Source of the DNA: an uncultured Eubacteriales bacterium | Lineage (GTDB): Bacteria > Bacillota > Clostridia > Oscillospirales > CAG-272 | Direction: 5' to 3' | DNA length: 64,000 nt | Assembly: GCA_948467545.1 (NCBI GenBank) | Contig: CAOKER010000006.1 | Location: 66,772 to 130,771, forward strand | Part shown: positions 8,693-18,830 of the stretch, piece by piece | Position numbering within the stretch: the first letter of the stretch is position 1 | Layout of the letters: each line of letters opens with the position of its first letter | Made by a program: the position numbers and the translations under genes | The notes under the pieces: generated by a model | Database searches by the model: none | What the model saw: only the letters and a program-made list of their open reading frames with translations | Told to the model about the DNA's origin: nothing

Positions 8693-10211
8693 ATCCTCCC
8701 CCTTTGTTTTGTCTTTTCATCTCGGATTTTTCATCGGCCTTCCGCCGCATTTCCTGAATGCGCAGCGCCCTCGGCTCAAGACTGTCCGCCAAAGCCGTAA
8801 AGGGTCCCCTGCGCACGGACGAAAACATCGGCTGACGGCTCAGAACATTATATTTGAGTTTCTTCAGATAACCGAAAAGGTTAAAGCACGAGACAACGCA
8901 GAACAGCATTCCGCCGACAACGAAGCCGACGCCGTAAAACGAATCGCAGAACAGCGCAAGCAGAAGCGTCGCCGCATTCGACGCCAGGGCAAAAACCGCC
9001 GTGTCGATAAGCGCGCCCTTCAAATCGGAAAAATACTGCGATATGAGCATTACGCAGTTTCCTATCGCATAAAACGCATAGCCGACGCAAAGCGTACGGT
9101 ATATCCGCAGCATCTCGCTGTTAAAGCCAAGCGCAAGATTCGGCAGTATAATTGTTCCGAGTATGATAAATACAAGAGTGGAAAAAACCTGCTTAAGCGC
9201 AAGATACCCAAGCTCCTCGCTCAGAACATGAAGCATGTTCTGCTCCGCCTCGTCTATATTTTCGATTGAACCGCCGTCGTTGAAAAGACTGAAATATTCC
9301 CTGTATTTGGGATAAAACCTTGTCTCAACCGACACAGTGAAGTTCACGGTCGATATAAGAATTGAGAAAAACGCAAATATGGCAGGAACATCATACGTCG
9401 GCGCGCCGTAAAACAAGCCCTCCACCTGTACGCTGAGACTGCTGAACCACCACATAATCAACAAATGTCCGAACAAACCCAAGGTCACAAAAAAACCGAC
9501 AAATCCGAGCTGCGGTATACGGTCGAACCATTCGAGAAAACGGACCGAGCTTCCGAAGCCCTCCGGAAAGCTCTTGTAAATTATTCCGAAATACCACAGC
9601 ATCATTATCATATAGCCTATCGTAACCGACGAAAGCAGCGCAGCTACGGCTTCGATTCGGAACACCCAGATAAACGCAGCACCGAGTATCAGCGCTGCGG
9701 CTACAGCAACCGAAAAAGCCAGAACGATGCTTTTAAAATCCTTGAGCATTGTAAGATAGTTTATCTCCGTCCAAACAACAATCAAAACCATGAAGAATAC
9801 CCATGATAACACCCTGTACAGCAGCTTTACACCCGAAAAATGCAGGAATATTCCGTAGCCCGCGCCGCCTATAATGAGCATCATCCAAATGCTTCCGAAG
9901 AACGACGGGAACAGAAGACTGTACTTTTTTTCGTATATCATATCCGCGCAGAAGCGTGTTGTTATCATTGAAAACAGAGAGGTTACCGCGAGCGAAGCAA
10001 GCAGCGTATGCGTCAGTATGGTCACAAGAAGCTCCCTGTCGTGCCTTGCCGTCCCCGCAAAGTCCGCCATAAACATCGAGGCAAGCAGCAGAAAAAAACC
10101 CAGCAGCATCGGTCCCGCGCATACGACTGCAGCATATGAATACGCCCGTACCACAGCTATCATCCCCTTGCGCGAAAAAAGCTTTTTGAGCTCGAATCCT
10201 ATCCCCGCCAA
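8670..10211 (-). CDS. pelG: Pel polysaccharide export membrane protein PelG
   Basis: N-terminus MAGIGFELKKLFSRKG matches the PelG hallmark MAGIGFEL.K. Polytopic membrane protein. 13-nt overlap with pelF. Confidence 0.85.
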   Translation of the reverse strand: MAGIGFELKKLFSRKGMIAVVRAYSYAAVVCAGPMLLGFFLLLASMFMADFAGTARHDRELLVTILTHTLLASLAVTSLFSMITTRFCADMIYEKKYSLLFPSFFGSIWMMLIIGGAGYGIFLHFSGVKLLYRVLSWVFFMVLIVVWTEINYLTMLKDFKSIVLAFSVAVAAALILGAAFIWVFRIEAVAALLSSVTIGYMIMMLWYFGIIYKSFPEGFGSSVRFLEWFDRIPQLGFVGFFVTLGLFGHLLIMWWFSSLSVQVEGLFYGAPTYDVPAIFAFFSILISTVNFTVSVETRFYPKYREYFSLFNDGGSIENIDEAEQNMLHVLSEELGYLALKQVFSTLVFIILGTIILPNLALGFNSEMLRIYRTLCVGYAFYAIGNCVMLISQYFSDLKGALIDTAVFALASNAATLLLALFCDSFYGVGFVVGGMLFCVVSCFNLFGYLKKLKYNVLSRQPMFSSVRRGPFTALADSLEPRALRIQEMRRKADEKSEMKRQNKGGGFADDEKK

Positions 10212-11614
10212 TTACTAAGCACCTCCTCATAGTTTTTGTTATAATTGTCAACCATATCCTGATGCTGATAGTACGTTTGAACTCTCTTTCTTCCGCACTC
10301 CGCCATCTCTCTCCGCATATCGTCATGTACCGCCAGAAGCTCCATCGCGTCGGCAAGCGCCTGAGAATGCATCGGCGGTACGATAATTCCGGCAGCGCCT
10401 ATCGTATCTCCCTCCGCTCCCTCAAGCAAATCGCGGCAGCATCCGACGTCGGTCGTAACGCACGGCCGCCCTGCGGCCAAGGATTCAAGCACGGCAAGAG
10501 GCTGTCCCTCCGAAATACTGCTCAGTACCGTAAAATCAGTCCTTTTAAAGTATTCGGCGACGTTTACATTACCCGGCATGTCAATGTCCGGAATTTCAAG
10601 CTGCGCGATTAAATCACGGCATTCCCGAGCGTATTCCTCGTCGTCCGTATCTCCGAGAATATGAAGTCTCACATTCGGCAGTCTCCGCTTAAGCGCGAAA
10701 AACGCATGAATCATCGTTTTAATATCCTTGATCGGGTGAATGCGGACAACTGCGGTTATATCTGTAAAGCCGTCCGGCTCCTTTTCGGGAATCGGCAGAA
10801 AACGCTCCGCCCGTATTCCGTTTCCGATAACCTTGCATTTTGCGGGCGCGCATCCCAGCTCCTTCTGTATCTCGGAATATCTCGGAAACAGCGCCGTCAC
10901 CGACGCGGCACGGTCATACGCGCATCGCGAGAGCATGTAAAACATATTTATCCAATGCTGTCTGAACTGCGGAACCACCCACCTCGCACGGAGAATTTCC
11001 TCCTCGCGCTCGCGCGTATAAATTCCGTGCTCGGTTACGATACACGGTCTTTCGTTTTTCCATGCGCCGAGCGAGGCAAGCATTCCTCCGTAGCCGGTCG
11101 ACGTCGCATGATACACGTCGGCCGTCGGAATTTCGGTTCCCAAAAGATAGAGAATCGGAAGAAACATTGAGCGAATAGTATGAAAATAGTCGGTAAATGC
11201 TGCATGCGGGTAGTTATTTTTGCAGATGTCAAGCAGTATGTTTAAAAAAGTTTCGCTCATCAGAAAGGACATCGCACTGATTTTTTTGTCGCTGTACATG
11301 TGAAAAAGGACATTCCAGTCCGGATTTTGTGACAGAATCAGTTTTTTCAGCTCGGACACCTCGCGGTCGGTAAAATGATAATAATCGCCGCGCGACGCGC
11401 TCAGATTCAGCGCGCTGTCAAGAAAAACCTCGTGAACCTCCTTTACATTGGGGGGAAGCTCATACTTGAATTTGCCTGCATCCTCCGCTTTGGCTCCTAT
11501 TACCCAAAGTACATAGTCATGCCCGGGGTTGGAGGTGATCAGGGAATGCATCCATGACGAAACTCCGCCGCGTACATAAGGATAGCACCCCTCCAGCACC
11601 ATGCAAATTCTCAT
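10199..11614 (-). CDS. pelF: Pel glycosyltransferase PelF (GT4)
   Basis: MRICMVLEGCYPYVRGGVSSWMHSLI (PelF/DUF3492 N-terminus). C-terminal GT4 E-x7-E block SISEGQPLAVLESLAAGRP. Confidence 0.85.
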   Translation of the reverse strand: MRICMVLEGCYPYVRGGVSSWMHSLITSNPGHDYVLWVIGAKAEDAGKFKYELPPNVKEVHEVFLDSALNLSASRGDYYHFTDREVSELKKLILSQNPDWNVLFHMYSDKKISAMSFLMSETFLNILLDICKNNYPHAAFTDYFHTIRSMFLPILYLLGTEIPTADVYHATSTGYGGMLASLGAWKNERPCIVTEHGIYTREREEEILRARWVVPQFRQHWINMFYMLSRCAYDRAASVTALFPRYSEIQKELGCAPAKCKVIGNGIRAERFLPIPEKEPDGFTDITAVVRIHPIKDIKTMIHAFFALKRRLPNVRLHILGDTDDEEYARECRDLIAQLEIPDIDMPGNVNVAEYFKRTDFTVLSSISEGQPLAVLESLAAGRPCVTTDVGCCRDLLEGAEGDTIGAAGIIVPPMHSQALADAMELLAVHDDMRREMAECGRKRVQTYYQHQDMVDNYNKNYEEVLSNWRG

Positions 11615-11690
11615 CGTTATGTCCTCTCCTTTCCTAAATATTTACTGCATTGCCAGGATTCTCGGCAATTCCGCATACGCCGCGCGTCCG

Positions 11691-13541
11691 TCACCCCTGC
11701 CGCGAATCCGCAGCGTCCGTCTCAAGCTCTATCGTTACGACCTCCTGCTCGGCGCGCAGCAGATAAAAATCTCCCGATATACGGTCGATCTCGCCGCCGC
11801 TCACCTTGCCGGGAACTCCGTCGTTACATCTTACCATAAGATATGCTTCATCATAAAATCCGAACAGGCGCAGACCGATTTTTTTCTCGGAAGTCTGCAT
11901 TTCAAACGAAAGCGAATCAAATCTCGCGGCTGCGCGTCCTGCGTCAGATCCGGTAAGACTTCTTATATTCGGCGCAGAGGTATACAGCCACTGACAGTAC
12001 CCGTCAAGATTTGAAAACAGCTTTTCCCATCCGTCCGCGGCACCTCGGTCTGTATCAAGCACATCGTCCGGGTGCATAAAGTGGGAATTCACATAGTAAA
12101 GATTCAGCGCGTTCAGAGCGTCCCACCGCATATATTGATCGAGCACCGCTCCGGAAATCACGCGCGGAAATTCTATAACCCCGTCGTCAGCAACCTCGAA
12201 TTCCTGAGCATATTCAATCTGCCCCTCAAGATACAGCGACGCTATCACCTTTATCTGCGGAAACTCGTCGTGCAGAAGCCTGCGCCCCTCCTCGGAGAGG
12301 ATATTGGACGGAGGCACATACACAGCGATTTCGTTGTCCGGAAACAGGCCGTTTCCAAGCTCGATTGCCGTATTCAAAGCCCGCACGGCGTTTTCGGCGC
12401 TTTTCCACGGAATATAATTTACAAGTCCCTTGAAATCAAAGCCTGTAAAACAGAGCGGAAGATGATTATATCCGTGCAGTCCGATCTCCCCTCCGTTGTC
12501 TAACAGCAACGAACCGAAGTGCACAAATCTTTCGGTGTCCTTTTGCTGAGGAAAGGAGCCGTCCACCTCTTCGGTATAGTCGTCGATCAGCAGACCTGTG
12601 TATCTGATTCCGTATTTATCGCACAGCGACAGCATGTCCGGCCACCATACGTTTGAGTAAAAGCTCGATGTGCCGCGGTTATAGTCCCGTCTTATATATG
12701 TGCCGTCGCCCATCGGAACAGGAGACGGAAAATCGTCAATAAAAAAAGCCGACGCATTGATAACGGGATAGACGCAGATATCTTCAAGAAGACTGTATAC
12801 CGCGCATGTTAATCCGCGCGTTGCCTTTTCCGCAAAACCGATGTTCATAACCGCAAAACGCCCTTCTCCGCAATCCGCCGTCCAGATTAGCGGCGCTCTT
12901 GTGTCATCGTCCGATTCGGCATATACCGTCGTCTTATCGCCGAGCCTGCAGCTCATGGCAGTAGTCATCGGCTCGCCCCAATGAAAATTAAATCCGCCGG
13001 AGCCGATCATAAATCCCTCTTTCAGATTCATACCCGAAAACGAAGCGTATGAAGTACCTCCTTCCACAATTCCCATATACCCCGCAAGAAAATTGAAAAA
13101 CGGTGTGCTTATCGGAGTACAGAAAATCATAGCCCGTCCGCCTCCCTGCACCCATTCGAGCAAATCGGATGCGCTTGTACCCAACTTATCAAGATCCTGA
13201 AACACTATTACCGCGGTTCTGTAAGATGAAAAATCCGGAATTTCCTCCTTTGACACATCCACTACATGAATTCCGACCCTCATAATCTCCAAAACCTCGG
13301 TCACATGCTCCGAAAAAATATCGTTATTCTCTTGCGTGCTGTCGACAAGGACCAAACACGTCTTTTCCGTCTCGCTCTTCCGCTTTTTCTCCGAGATTAC
13401 CGTGCCCGGCAGATCTGTCAGAGACGGCGCCGAAACAGTATATGCGGTGCCTATGTTATCCGCAATCAGCAAAACGGATATAACCATCAAAACCGCGACG
13501 GCCGTTACCGTCACCGAAAACCGTTTCAGCATTTCCTTCAT
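11691..13541 (-). CDS. pelA: PelA-like polysaccharide deacetylase, Gram-positive PelA(DA)/DUF2194-type
   Basis: N-terminal signal anchor. CE4-like motifs FFIDDFPSP and GLHGYNH. It lies between pelE and pelF, as in Gram-positive pel loci. Confidence 0.6.
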   Translation of the reverse strand: MKEMLKRFSVTVTAVAVLMVISVLLIADNIGTAYTVSAPSLTDLPGTVISEKKRKSETEKTCLVLVDSTQENNDIFSEHVTEVLEIMRVGIHVVDVSKEEIPDFSSYRTAVIVFQDLDKLGTSASDLLEWVQGGGRAMIFCTPISTPFFNFLAGYMGIVEGGTSYASFSGMNLKEGFMIGSGGFNFHWGEPMTTAMSCRLGDKTTVYAESDDDTRAPLIWTADCGEGRFAVMNIGFAEKATRGLTCAVYSLLEDICVYPVINASAFFIDDFPSPVPMGDGTYIRRDYNRGTSSFYSNVWWPDMLSLCDKYGIRYTGLLIDDYTEEVDGSFPQQKDTERFVHFGSLLLDNGGEIGLHGYNHLPLCFTGFDFKGLVNYIPWKSAENAVRALNTAIELGNGLFPDNEIAVYVPPSNILSEEGRRLLHDEFPQIKVIASLYLEGQIEYAQEFEVADDGVIEFPRVISGAVLDQYMRWDALNALNLYYVNSHFMHPDDVLDTDRGAADGWEKLFSNLDGYCQWLYTSAPNIRSLTGSDAGRAAARFDSLSFEMQTSEKKIGLRLFGFYDEAYLMVRCNDGVPGKVSGGEIDRISGDFYLLRAEQEVVTIELETDAADSRQG

Positions 13542-13560
13542 TTATAAGATCACACCTTTC

Positions 13561-13725
13561 GTCCGACATACAAGCTGCCTACAAACATACAATTATCAAG
13601 TATACTGCCGTCTGACATACCGTCCGTCAAGCATACCGACGTCTAACATACCGCATCTAACATACCGCCGTCAAGCATACCGACGAGCAAACAGCCGCAA
13701 ACAAACCGATACTTCCCGATACTTC
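13561..13725. repeat. degenerate ~15-nt tandem repeat in the pelE-pelA spacer
   Basis: gtctgacataccgtcc gtcaagcataccgac gtctaacataccgca tctaacataccgcc gtcaagcataccgac gagcaaacagccgc ... Confidence 0.75.
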
Positions 13726-13764
13726 GTCGAATGCCGTAAGGAGCGGAGCTGACGGCGGCCCGAT

Positions 13765-14667
13765 TTACTCCGCTCCGTCCCAAAAGGCAATTGCGCTCCT
13801 GCCGCGGTTTGTCAGATATACATTTCTTTTTTTAATCTGAGCGATCACCCTTTTGATGCCTTCCCCGTCGTTTGTCCGTTCGCATACCTTTATTTTCTCA
13901 AGCCACGGCTCTTCCCGCGAAGACCATTTGCGAACTGCGAGATCGGCAAGCTCCGCCGCGTCGGTATATTTTTCTAATTCAATATAATTGTCTGCGGCCC
14001 GAAGCACCGCGTCCATATCTTCGGGCCGGTCGTTTATCTTTTTACTCAGTACGTCGGCATATCTGCTTCTGTATACAAAAAGTACATTTTTATCAATCAG
14101 TCCGCTGGATATATAACTGTACAAATTTTTTATATAACGGTCTCGTATCTCAGGGCTGTCAGGATTCTCCCCGAACTCCCGCTCCGATTTCTGAAGCGCG
14201 TGCTCATAGCCGCGCTGAAGCTCCATCACCGCCGTAGAAGCATAGTGAGAAACCTCTATATCCTCGTCCATGCAGGCGTTGTGCAGCAGCTCCGCGTACT
14301 GCTCCGGATTTCGGTGAAGAATTTCAAGCATCAGCGCTCGGCGCGTCTTTGCGTCGTTTACCGACATTGCCTCTTCAAGCGGAATTACAGCTTTTTCACC
14401 GTCCTCCGGAGCAAGCTTCCTCAGTCTCGGATCTTCTCCGTCAAGATGCAGCTCTTCGACGGTCATTTCTCTTGTGCCCGACTTGTGTCTGCGTGAATAA
14501 TAATCCGCAATGACGGCAGTCCACAGTCCCGCAAACGGAACCAGCGCAATAATCGGCATCAGCTGCCCGCTGAATTTCAATACCCTGCCTCTGATACAAA
14601 GATAAACAGCGGCGCATACTACAGTGTGAACGGCCGCGTACAGAATCAGAAAATTTGTCAGACTCAT
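13765..14667 (-). CDS. pelE: PelE-like membrane-anchored helical-repeat (TPR-like) protein
   Basis: Two N-terminal TM helices followed by an all-helical region. ATGA overlap with pelD. The assignment is mainly positional. Confidence 0.5.
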   Translation of the reverse strand: MSLTNFLILYAAVHTVVCAAVYLCIRGRVLKFSGQLMPIIALVPFAGLWTAVIADYYSRRHKSGTREMTVEELHLDGEDPRLRKLAPEDGEKAVIPLEEAMSVNDAKTRRALMLEILHRNPEQYAELLHNACMDEDIEVSHYASTAVMELQRGYEHALQKSEREFGENPDSPEIRDRYIKNLYSYISSGLIDKNVLFVYRSRYADVLSKKINDRPEDMDAVLRAADNYIELEKYTDAAELADLAVRKWSSREEPWLEKIKVCERTNDGEGIKRVIAQIKKRNVYLTNRGRSAIAFWDGAE

Positions 14668-16799
14668 ACGCCTGCCTCCCGCTCCGCGGGCTCGGCGGCG
14701 CCGAATTCAAGCCCCATTTTCTTCATACGCTCAAAAACATGCCGCACGTTTTTGACGTTCGTCTGACTCAGACATAGATACAGCCCTCCGTCCTTTCCAA
14801 GTCCCAGCTCGTCGGTCGAGCGGACAATCGACGAAATTTTATTTGCCGTATCGGCGCGCGTCTCCGGGGTCGTGACTATATGCAGAAGCATATACTCCGA
14901 AGTGCCGCTTCGCGCCATTTCCTCCTTCTGCCTTACAAGCTCGCTGAAATATTCGTTCTTCAAAATACAGCTTCCGTCTACGTATTTTTCGGTCTCGATT
15001 TTGGAGTTATATTCGATAGCGCGTATCAGCGAAATTTTGATAAGCCCGCAGACGATTTTTATAAGGTTTTCATAGTAAACGGACAACTGTTCATGGCTCG
15101 CCTTTTTCAGTGTGATAAGGACTATCGGGGTACCGTCATGATACAAAACCGTCGCATATTCGGGATACGACGGCAGCCTCTCCCTGTTCGCCCATACGTT
15201 ATCGTCACTGAGCGACGGAAGCATCCTGCCGAGTTCGCTCAGCTTCAGCGTTTTATCGGTGATTTTAAAAACTTCCTTTGAGCATATGACAAGTCGCGCA
15301 AACCTCATTTCTCCGTCGCAACGGTATATGCAGATCGAACGGTTATCGAGAATTCCCTCCAGCGCGTACAGCGCCTCCAAAAATACACGCTCGACGGTCG
15401 TGCTGTCAAGCCGCTTCGTTATCTCAAACAGTCTTCCGAAGCTGTCGCGGTAGGACATAATCTGTGTTCGGTATTTGTCCTTATTGTTCAGGGCGCTTAT
15501 GTAAAATTCGTTTAACAGAATATATTTATCCTCAAGAATTTGCTTTTCCTCGGAAAGAAAACGGTTCTCGCCGCGAAGTCTGTCCTTTACATAGCCTGTA
15601 ACCGCTCCTATCAGGAAAAAGAAAATATACGGAAGCCATGTGTCTATGTCAGAAACAACCGCTTCCCACTTTGCCTGAGCCTCTATAAAATCCGATAGCA
15701 GCGAAAGGCTTGCAAGCGCCGACGCCGCAAGACCGGTCTTGATTCCGTGCAGGGTTCCCATCAGCACTATGTACAAAAGCCGAAAATCGACATAATTAAA
15801 CTGCACCGTCGCCGACGTGAGACGGTTCAGAAGCTCCATCAGCAGAAAACCGATAAACAGCTCGGCAAGCTTTACCACAAACGAGTGCCTGTTTAAAAAC
15901 GACCGTATTTTTGTCCATGGCGTTCGCTTTTCCGAAGCCTCCTTGCTCCCCGGACATTCAGCGGCCTCTCTAAGCTCGTCGCGCAGGCTCAATAGCGGTA
16001 TCCAGTCGTATTCCCTCCGCACCGCCGCGTCCGAGAAGCTCACATCGGCGGAAATCGGTGATGCGGCATATGAAATTCTGACCGTCGGAAATTCCCGCTT
16101 CAGCAGACTCCCGAAATCACCGAACGTCATAACGTCGCCCGGAGGAACGTCGATTTCTTCATAAGTATCGGGCCAGCTGTCCATGATGCGCAGGAGAAGC
16201 TCACTCAAATCCTTCTGCGATATAAACGCGCAGTCCTGCCCGCGGTCTCCGTATAGGCTGACAGCTCCCGTGCTCCTCGCCTGACGGACGGCATCCCCGA
16301 CAACAGACGCTGCTTCTCCATAGCCGTAAATACACGGAGCATTGAGTTTCACAACCGATATTCCTCTCGATTTACGGTAAAAATCGCAGAGCATATCACA
16401 TGCCGAAAACATCACCGCAAGGTCATGCTCAGCTCTGCCGTCTCCGCCCGTTCCGTGATGCTTCGGACTGATATGTACAAATCGAAAAATCTCATGCCCG
16501 CAGGATATGCGAAGCACAGACTCCAAATCCTGGTACTCTCCGTAATACGGCTCCTTACGGTAAATCTGCTGGGACATATACACCACCGCATCGAAATTAT
16601 ACGAGCCGAAAATTCTTTCAAAGTCTTTGTCGGAAGGAGATATACGAAAAGGAGTGATTTTTTTGTCAAGCGCACCCTCATTTATATCGTCGGACGCAAA
16701 CACGACGTGATATCCCCCCGATATAAGCTGCTCGGCAAGCGCATATGCCGCGGACGACAGCCGTCCCGTAAATAAAATATCCAATCTGATTTCCTCCAT
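14664..16799 (-). CDS. pelD: PelD-like c-di-GMP receptor (SDR-like N-terminus, TM block, GAF-like domain, degenerate GGDEF)
   Basis: Rossmann-like N-terminus, then central hydrophobic helices. The C-terminus lacks GGDEF but keeps an RxxD I-site-like motif (RSTD, nt 14811..14822). The architecture matches what is described for Gram-positive PelD. Confidence 0.65.
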   Translation of the reverse strand: MEEIRLDILFTGRLSSAAYALAEQLISGGYHVVFASDDINEGALDKKITPFRISPSDKDFERIFGSYNFDAVVYMSQQIYRKEPYYGEYQDLESVLRISCGHEIFRFVHISPKHHGTGGDGRAEHDLAVMFSACDMLCDFYRKSRGISVVKLNAPCIYGYGEAASVVGDAVRQARSTGAVSLYGDRGQDCAFISQKDLSELLLRIMDSWPDTYEEIDVPPGDVMTFGDFGSLLKREFPTVRISYAASPISADVSFSDAAVRREYDWIPLLSLRDELREAAECPGSKEASEKRTPWTKIRSFLNRHSFVVKLAELFIGFLLMELLNRLTSATVQFNYVDFRLLYIVLMGTLHGIKTGLAASALASLSLLSDFIEAQAKWEAVVSDIDTWLPYIFFFLIGAVTGYVKDRLRGENRFLSEEKQILEDKYILLNEFYISALNNKDKYRTQIMSYRDSFGRLFEITKRLDSTTVERVFLEALYALEGILDNRSICIYRCDGEMRFARLVICSKEVFKITDKTLKLSELGRMLPSLSDDNVWANRERLPSYPEYATVLYHDGTPIVLITLKKASHEQLSVYYENLIKIVCGLIKISLIRAIEYNSKIETEKYVDGSCILKNEYFSELVRQKEEMARSGTSEYMLLHIVTTPETRADTANKISSIVRSTDELGLGKDGGLYLCLSQTNVKNVRHVFERMKKMGLEFGAAEPAEREAGV

Positions 16800-16835
16800 A
16801 CCGCCGCACCAAAGCCGGACACATTTTGCTTTTGG

Positions 16836-18791
16836 CTATACCTTTTTCACAGATAAATTCAGTCTCTCCAAATGAAACCGATATATGTCATAAATATCCA
16901 TCCTTGCCTTTACAAAGGCTTCCACCGCGTCTGTATCAAAGTAATCCCCGCGGTGCTCTCCGATATAACGGAAAGCATCTTCAAAGCTCCACGATTTTTT
17001 GTAGCTCCTCGGAGAGACAAGCGCGTCAAATACGTCCGCCACGGCAACTATTCGAGCGGGAACCGATATTTCTTCTCCCGCAAGCCCCAGATAGCCGGAA
17101 CCGTCTATATGCTCGTGGTGATCCCTTGCAACCAGCGCCGCCATCTTGAAAAACGGATCGCCGTCAATGTCAAGAAGCTGATACCCGTAAACATTATGCT
17201 TTTTGATTTCCGCAAACTCATTCTCCGACAGCTTTTCAAGCTTGAACAAAATACTATCGGGTATGCAAAGCTTTCCGATGTCGTGCAGCGCCGCCGCACA
17301 TGAGATTCTTTCCGCACTTTCCGCGCTTATTCCCATTGTTATACACAAAAGATACGTATATTCGGCTACATTGAAAGAGTGGAAGTCACGGCCGTACAGC
17401 TTTTTGTCCGCCAGTTCGCAGAGCATGGAAAACAGCCGGTTCCCGCTTACGGAAAAATATCCGCGCGGAATTTCTTCCCATGTCTTCTCCGCATGCACCT
17501 CCGCGAGCTTCCGTACGGATTCAGCCGCAAACCTCTCCGCCGTCTGCCCCGCAGAGTCTCGCACGAATTTCTCTGTAAATCTGTCCGCAGTTTTACAGGT
17601 TAATTCAACCGCAGTTTTAACCGAAGATTTACCGGTATGTCTCTCCGCCGTTTTTATCCGAGGCGCTTCCTCTGCCAAAGTCTCCACGCACCGCCCGGTC
17701 AGCGATTCGGCACTAACGGCAAGACTGTAAAGAACACCGGCAAATATAACCGCCAGCATGCTTATCCGCAATTTCTGCCCACCGAGCGCAAGCATATACC
17801 AGAAAGCTATATCCGAGATCCAAAAGCACACAGCTGCTGCGGCAGAAACGGCGGATACTCCTTTATCCTGTCTTGCAAAGGTCTGGAGGACAAATATAAA
17901 TCCCGCTATCTGCAGTATCAACCCGGCTTTTATAAGCGGAACAAATAATATGCTTCCGCCCGAAAAGGCAATGCAGACTATATATAAAATATTCAGCGAC
18001 AAAACTGTCTCGGATGACGAGCGCCGCGGCTTATACCTGAGCGCGACGCCGAACAGATACAGGGCGGGCACCGAAAGCAGCAGGCATATTTTCAAGCCGA
18101 ACGGAAACGCAAACTGCCCGCCGTATTCAAGCAGCGCAACAAACAGGCACACGACAGCCGCGGCAGCACAAATATACAAATCCGTCCGTGTTTTATGCCG
18201 CCCTGCGGCGATACAAAAAAGATTTACAATCAAAACCGCAAATACCGCCGCGGATATTAAAACAGAAGCATACGGCATATTTGTAACCGTCTGCAGACTG
18301 CAGCCGGGAGGAATTACCCCTATACTGAGTTCGCTTGAAAACGGACTGTATACTGTCATTTCCGCCGTTTTCCCCGCGAAATCATCCGGCAGCGGAATCG
18401 TTACAAGTGAATAAGCGGCAAAGACGTTATCCGCAAGACTGTCGAATATTACCTCCCCGTCAACGGCGATACGCGCCGCGGCATTAAAGGAATCAATATA
18501 CAGAAATCCCCCGCGCAGTTCGGGCAGTACCGCCTCAATTATCAGATACTGCTCACCCGAACTCCGCATTATGTCTTCGGTCTTTTCGGCCTCCGTCATG
18601 TTTCCCGAAACCGACAGGTGTACCGACTGTCGCGGACTGTACGTGTATTTCAAATTCGTAAGTTCATGCAGTCTCTCGGACGGAGAGAGGAGAAAATCGC
18701 ACAACAGGGAGACGAGAAAGACCGTCAGCCCAAAAACAGCAGTAATTATAGTTTTTTTTCGGTCAAAAATCCTGCGTGAAGCCAACTGCAC
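16836..18791 (-). CDS. membrane sensor with C-terminal HD-GYP-type c-di-GMP phosphodiesterase domain
   Basis: AALHDIGK...ARDHHEHIDGSGYLGL (HD plus a GYP-like motif that reads GYL here). Extracytoplasmic N-terminal domain followed by about 7 TM helices. Confidence 0.8.
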   Translation of the reverse strand: MQLASRRIFDRKKTIITAVFGLTVFLVSLLCDFLLSPSERLHELTNLKYTYSPRQSVHLSVSGNMTEAEKTEDIMRSSGEQYLIIEAVLPELRGGFLYIDSFNAAARIAVDGEVIFDSLADNVFAAYSLVTIPLPDDFAGKTAEMTVYSPFSSELSIGVIPPGCSLQTVTNMPYASVLISAAVFAVLIVNLFCIAAGRHKTRTDLYICAAAAVVCLFVALLEYGGQFAFPFGLKICLLLSVPALYLFGVALRYKPRRSSSETVLSLNILYIVCIAFSGGSILFVPLIKAGLILQIAGFIFVLQTFARQDKGVSAVSAAAAVCFWISDIAFWYMLALGGQKLRISMLAVIFAGVLYSLAVSAESLTGRCVETLAEEAPRIKTAERHTGKSSVKTAVELTCKTADRFTEKFVRDSAGQTAERFAAESVRKLAEVHAEKTWEEIPRGYFSVSGNRLFSMLCELADKKLYGRDFHSFNVAEYTYLLCITMGISAESAERISCAAALHDIGKLCIPDSILFKLEKLSENEFAEIKKHNVYGYQLLDIDGDPFFKMAALVARDHHEHIDGSGYLGLAGEEISVPARIVAVADVFDALVSPRSYKKSWSFEDAFRYIGEHRGDYFDTDAVEAFVKARMDIYDIYRFHLERLNLSVKKV

Positions 18792-18830
18792 GACACCCCT
18801 CTCCTGCTCCTCTCACTTCAAATCATCGTC

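Noticed and set aside
4133-18414. Many long antisense or off-frame ORFs inside the pel/cotH/HD-GYP genes (for example 4579..5232, 7844..8800, 8451..9269, 9733..10356, 12072..12503, 17203..17730, 17758..18414).
   Set aside because: Each lies entirely within a longer ORF that has clear family motifs. Their products are Arg/Ser/Pro-rich, as expected for wrong-frame reading of moderately GC-rich coding DNA.
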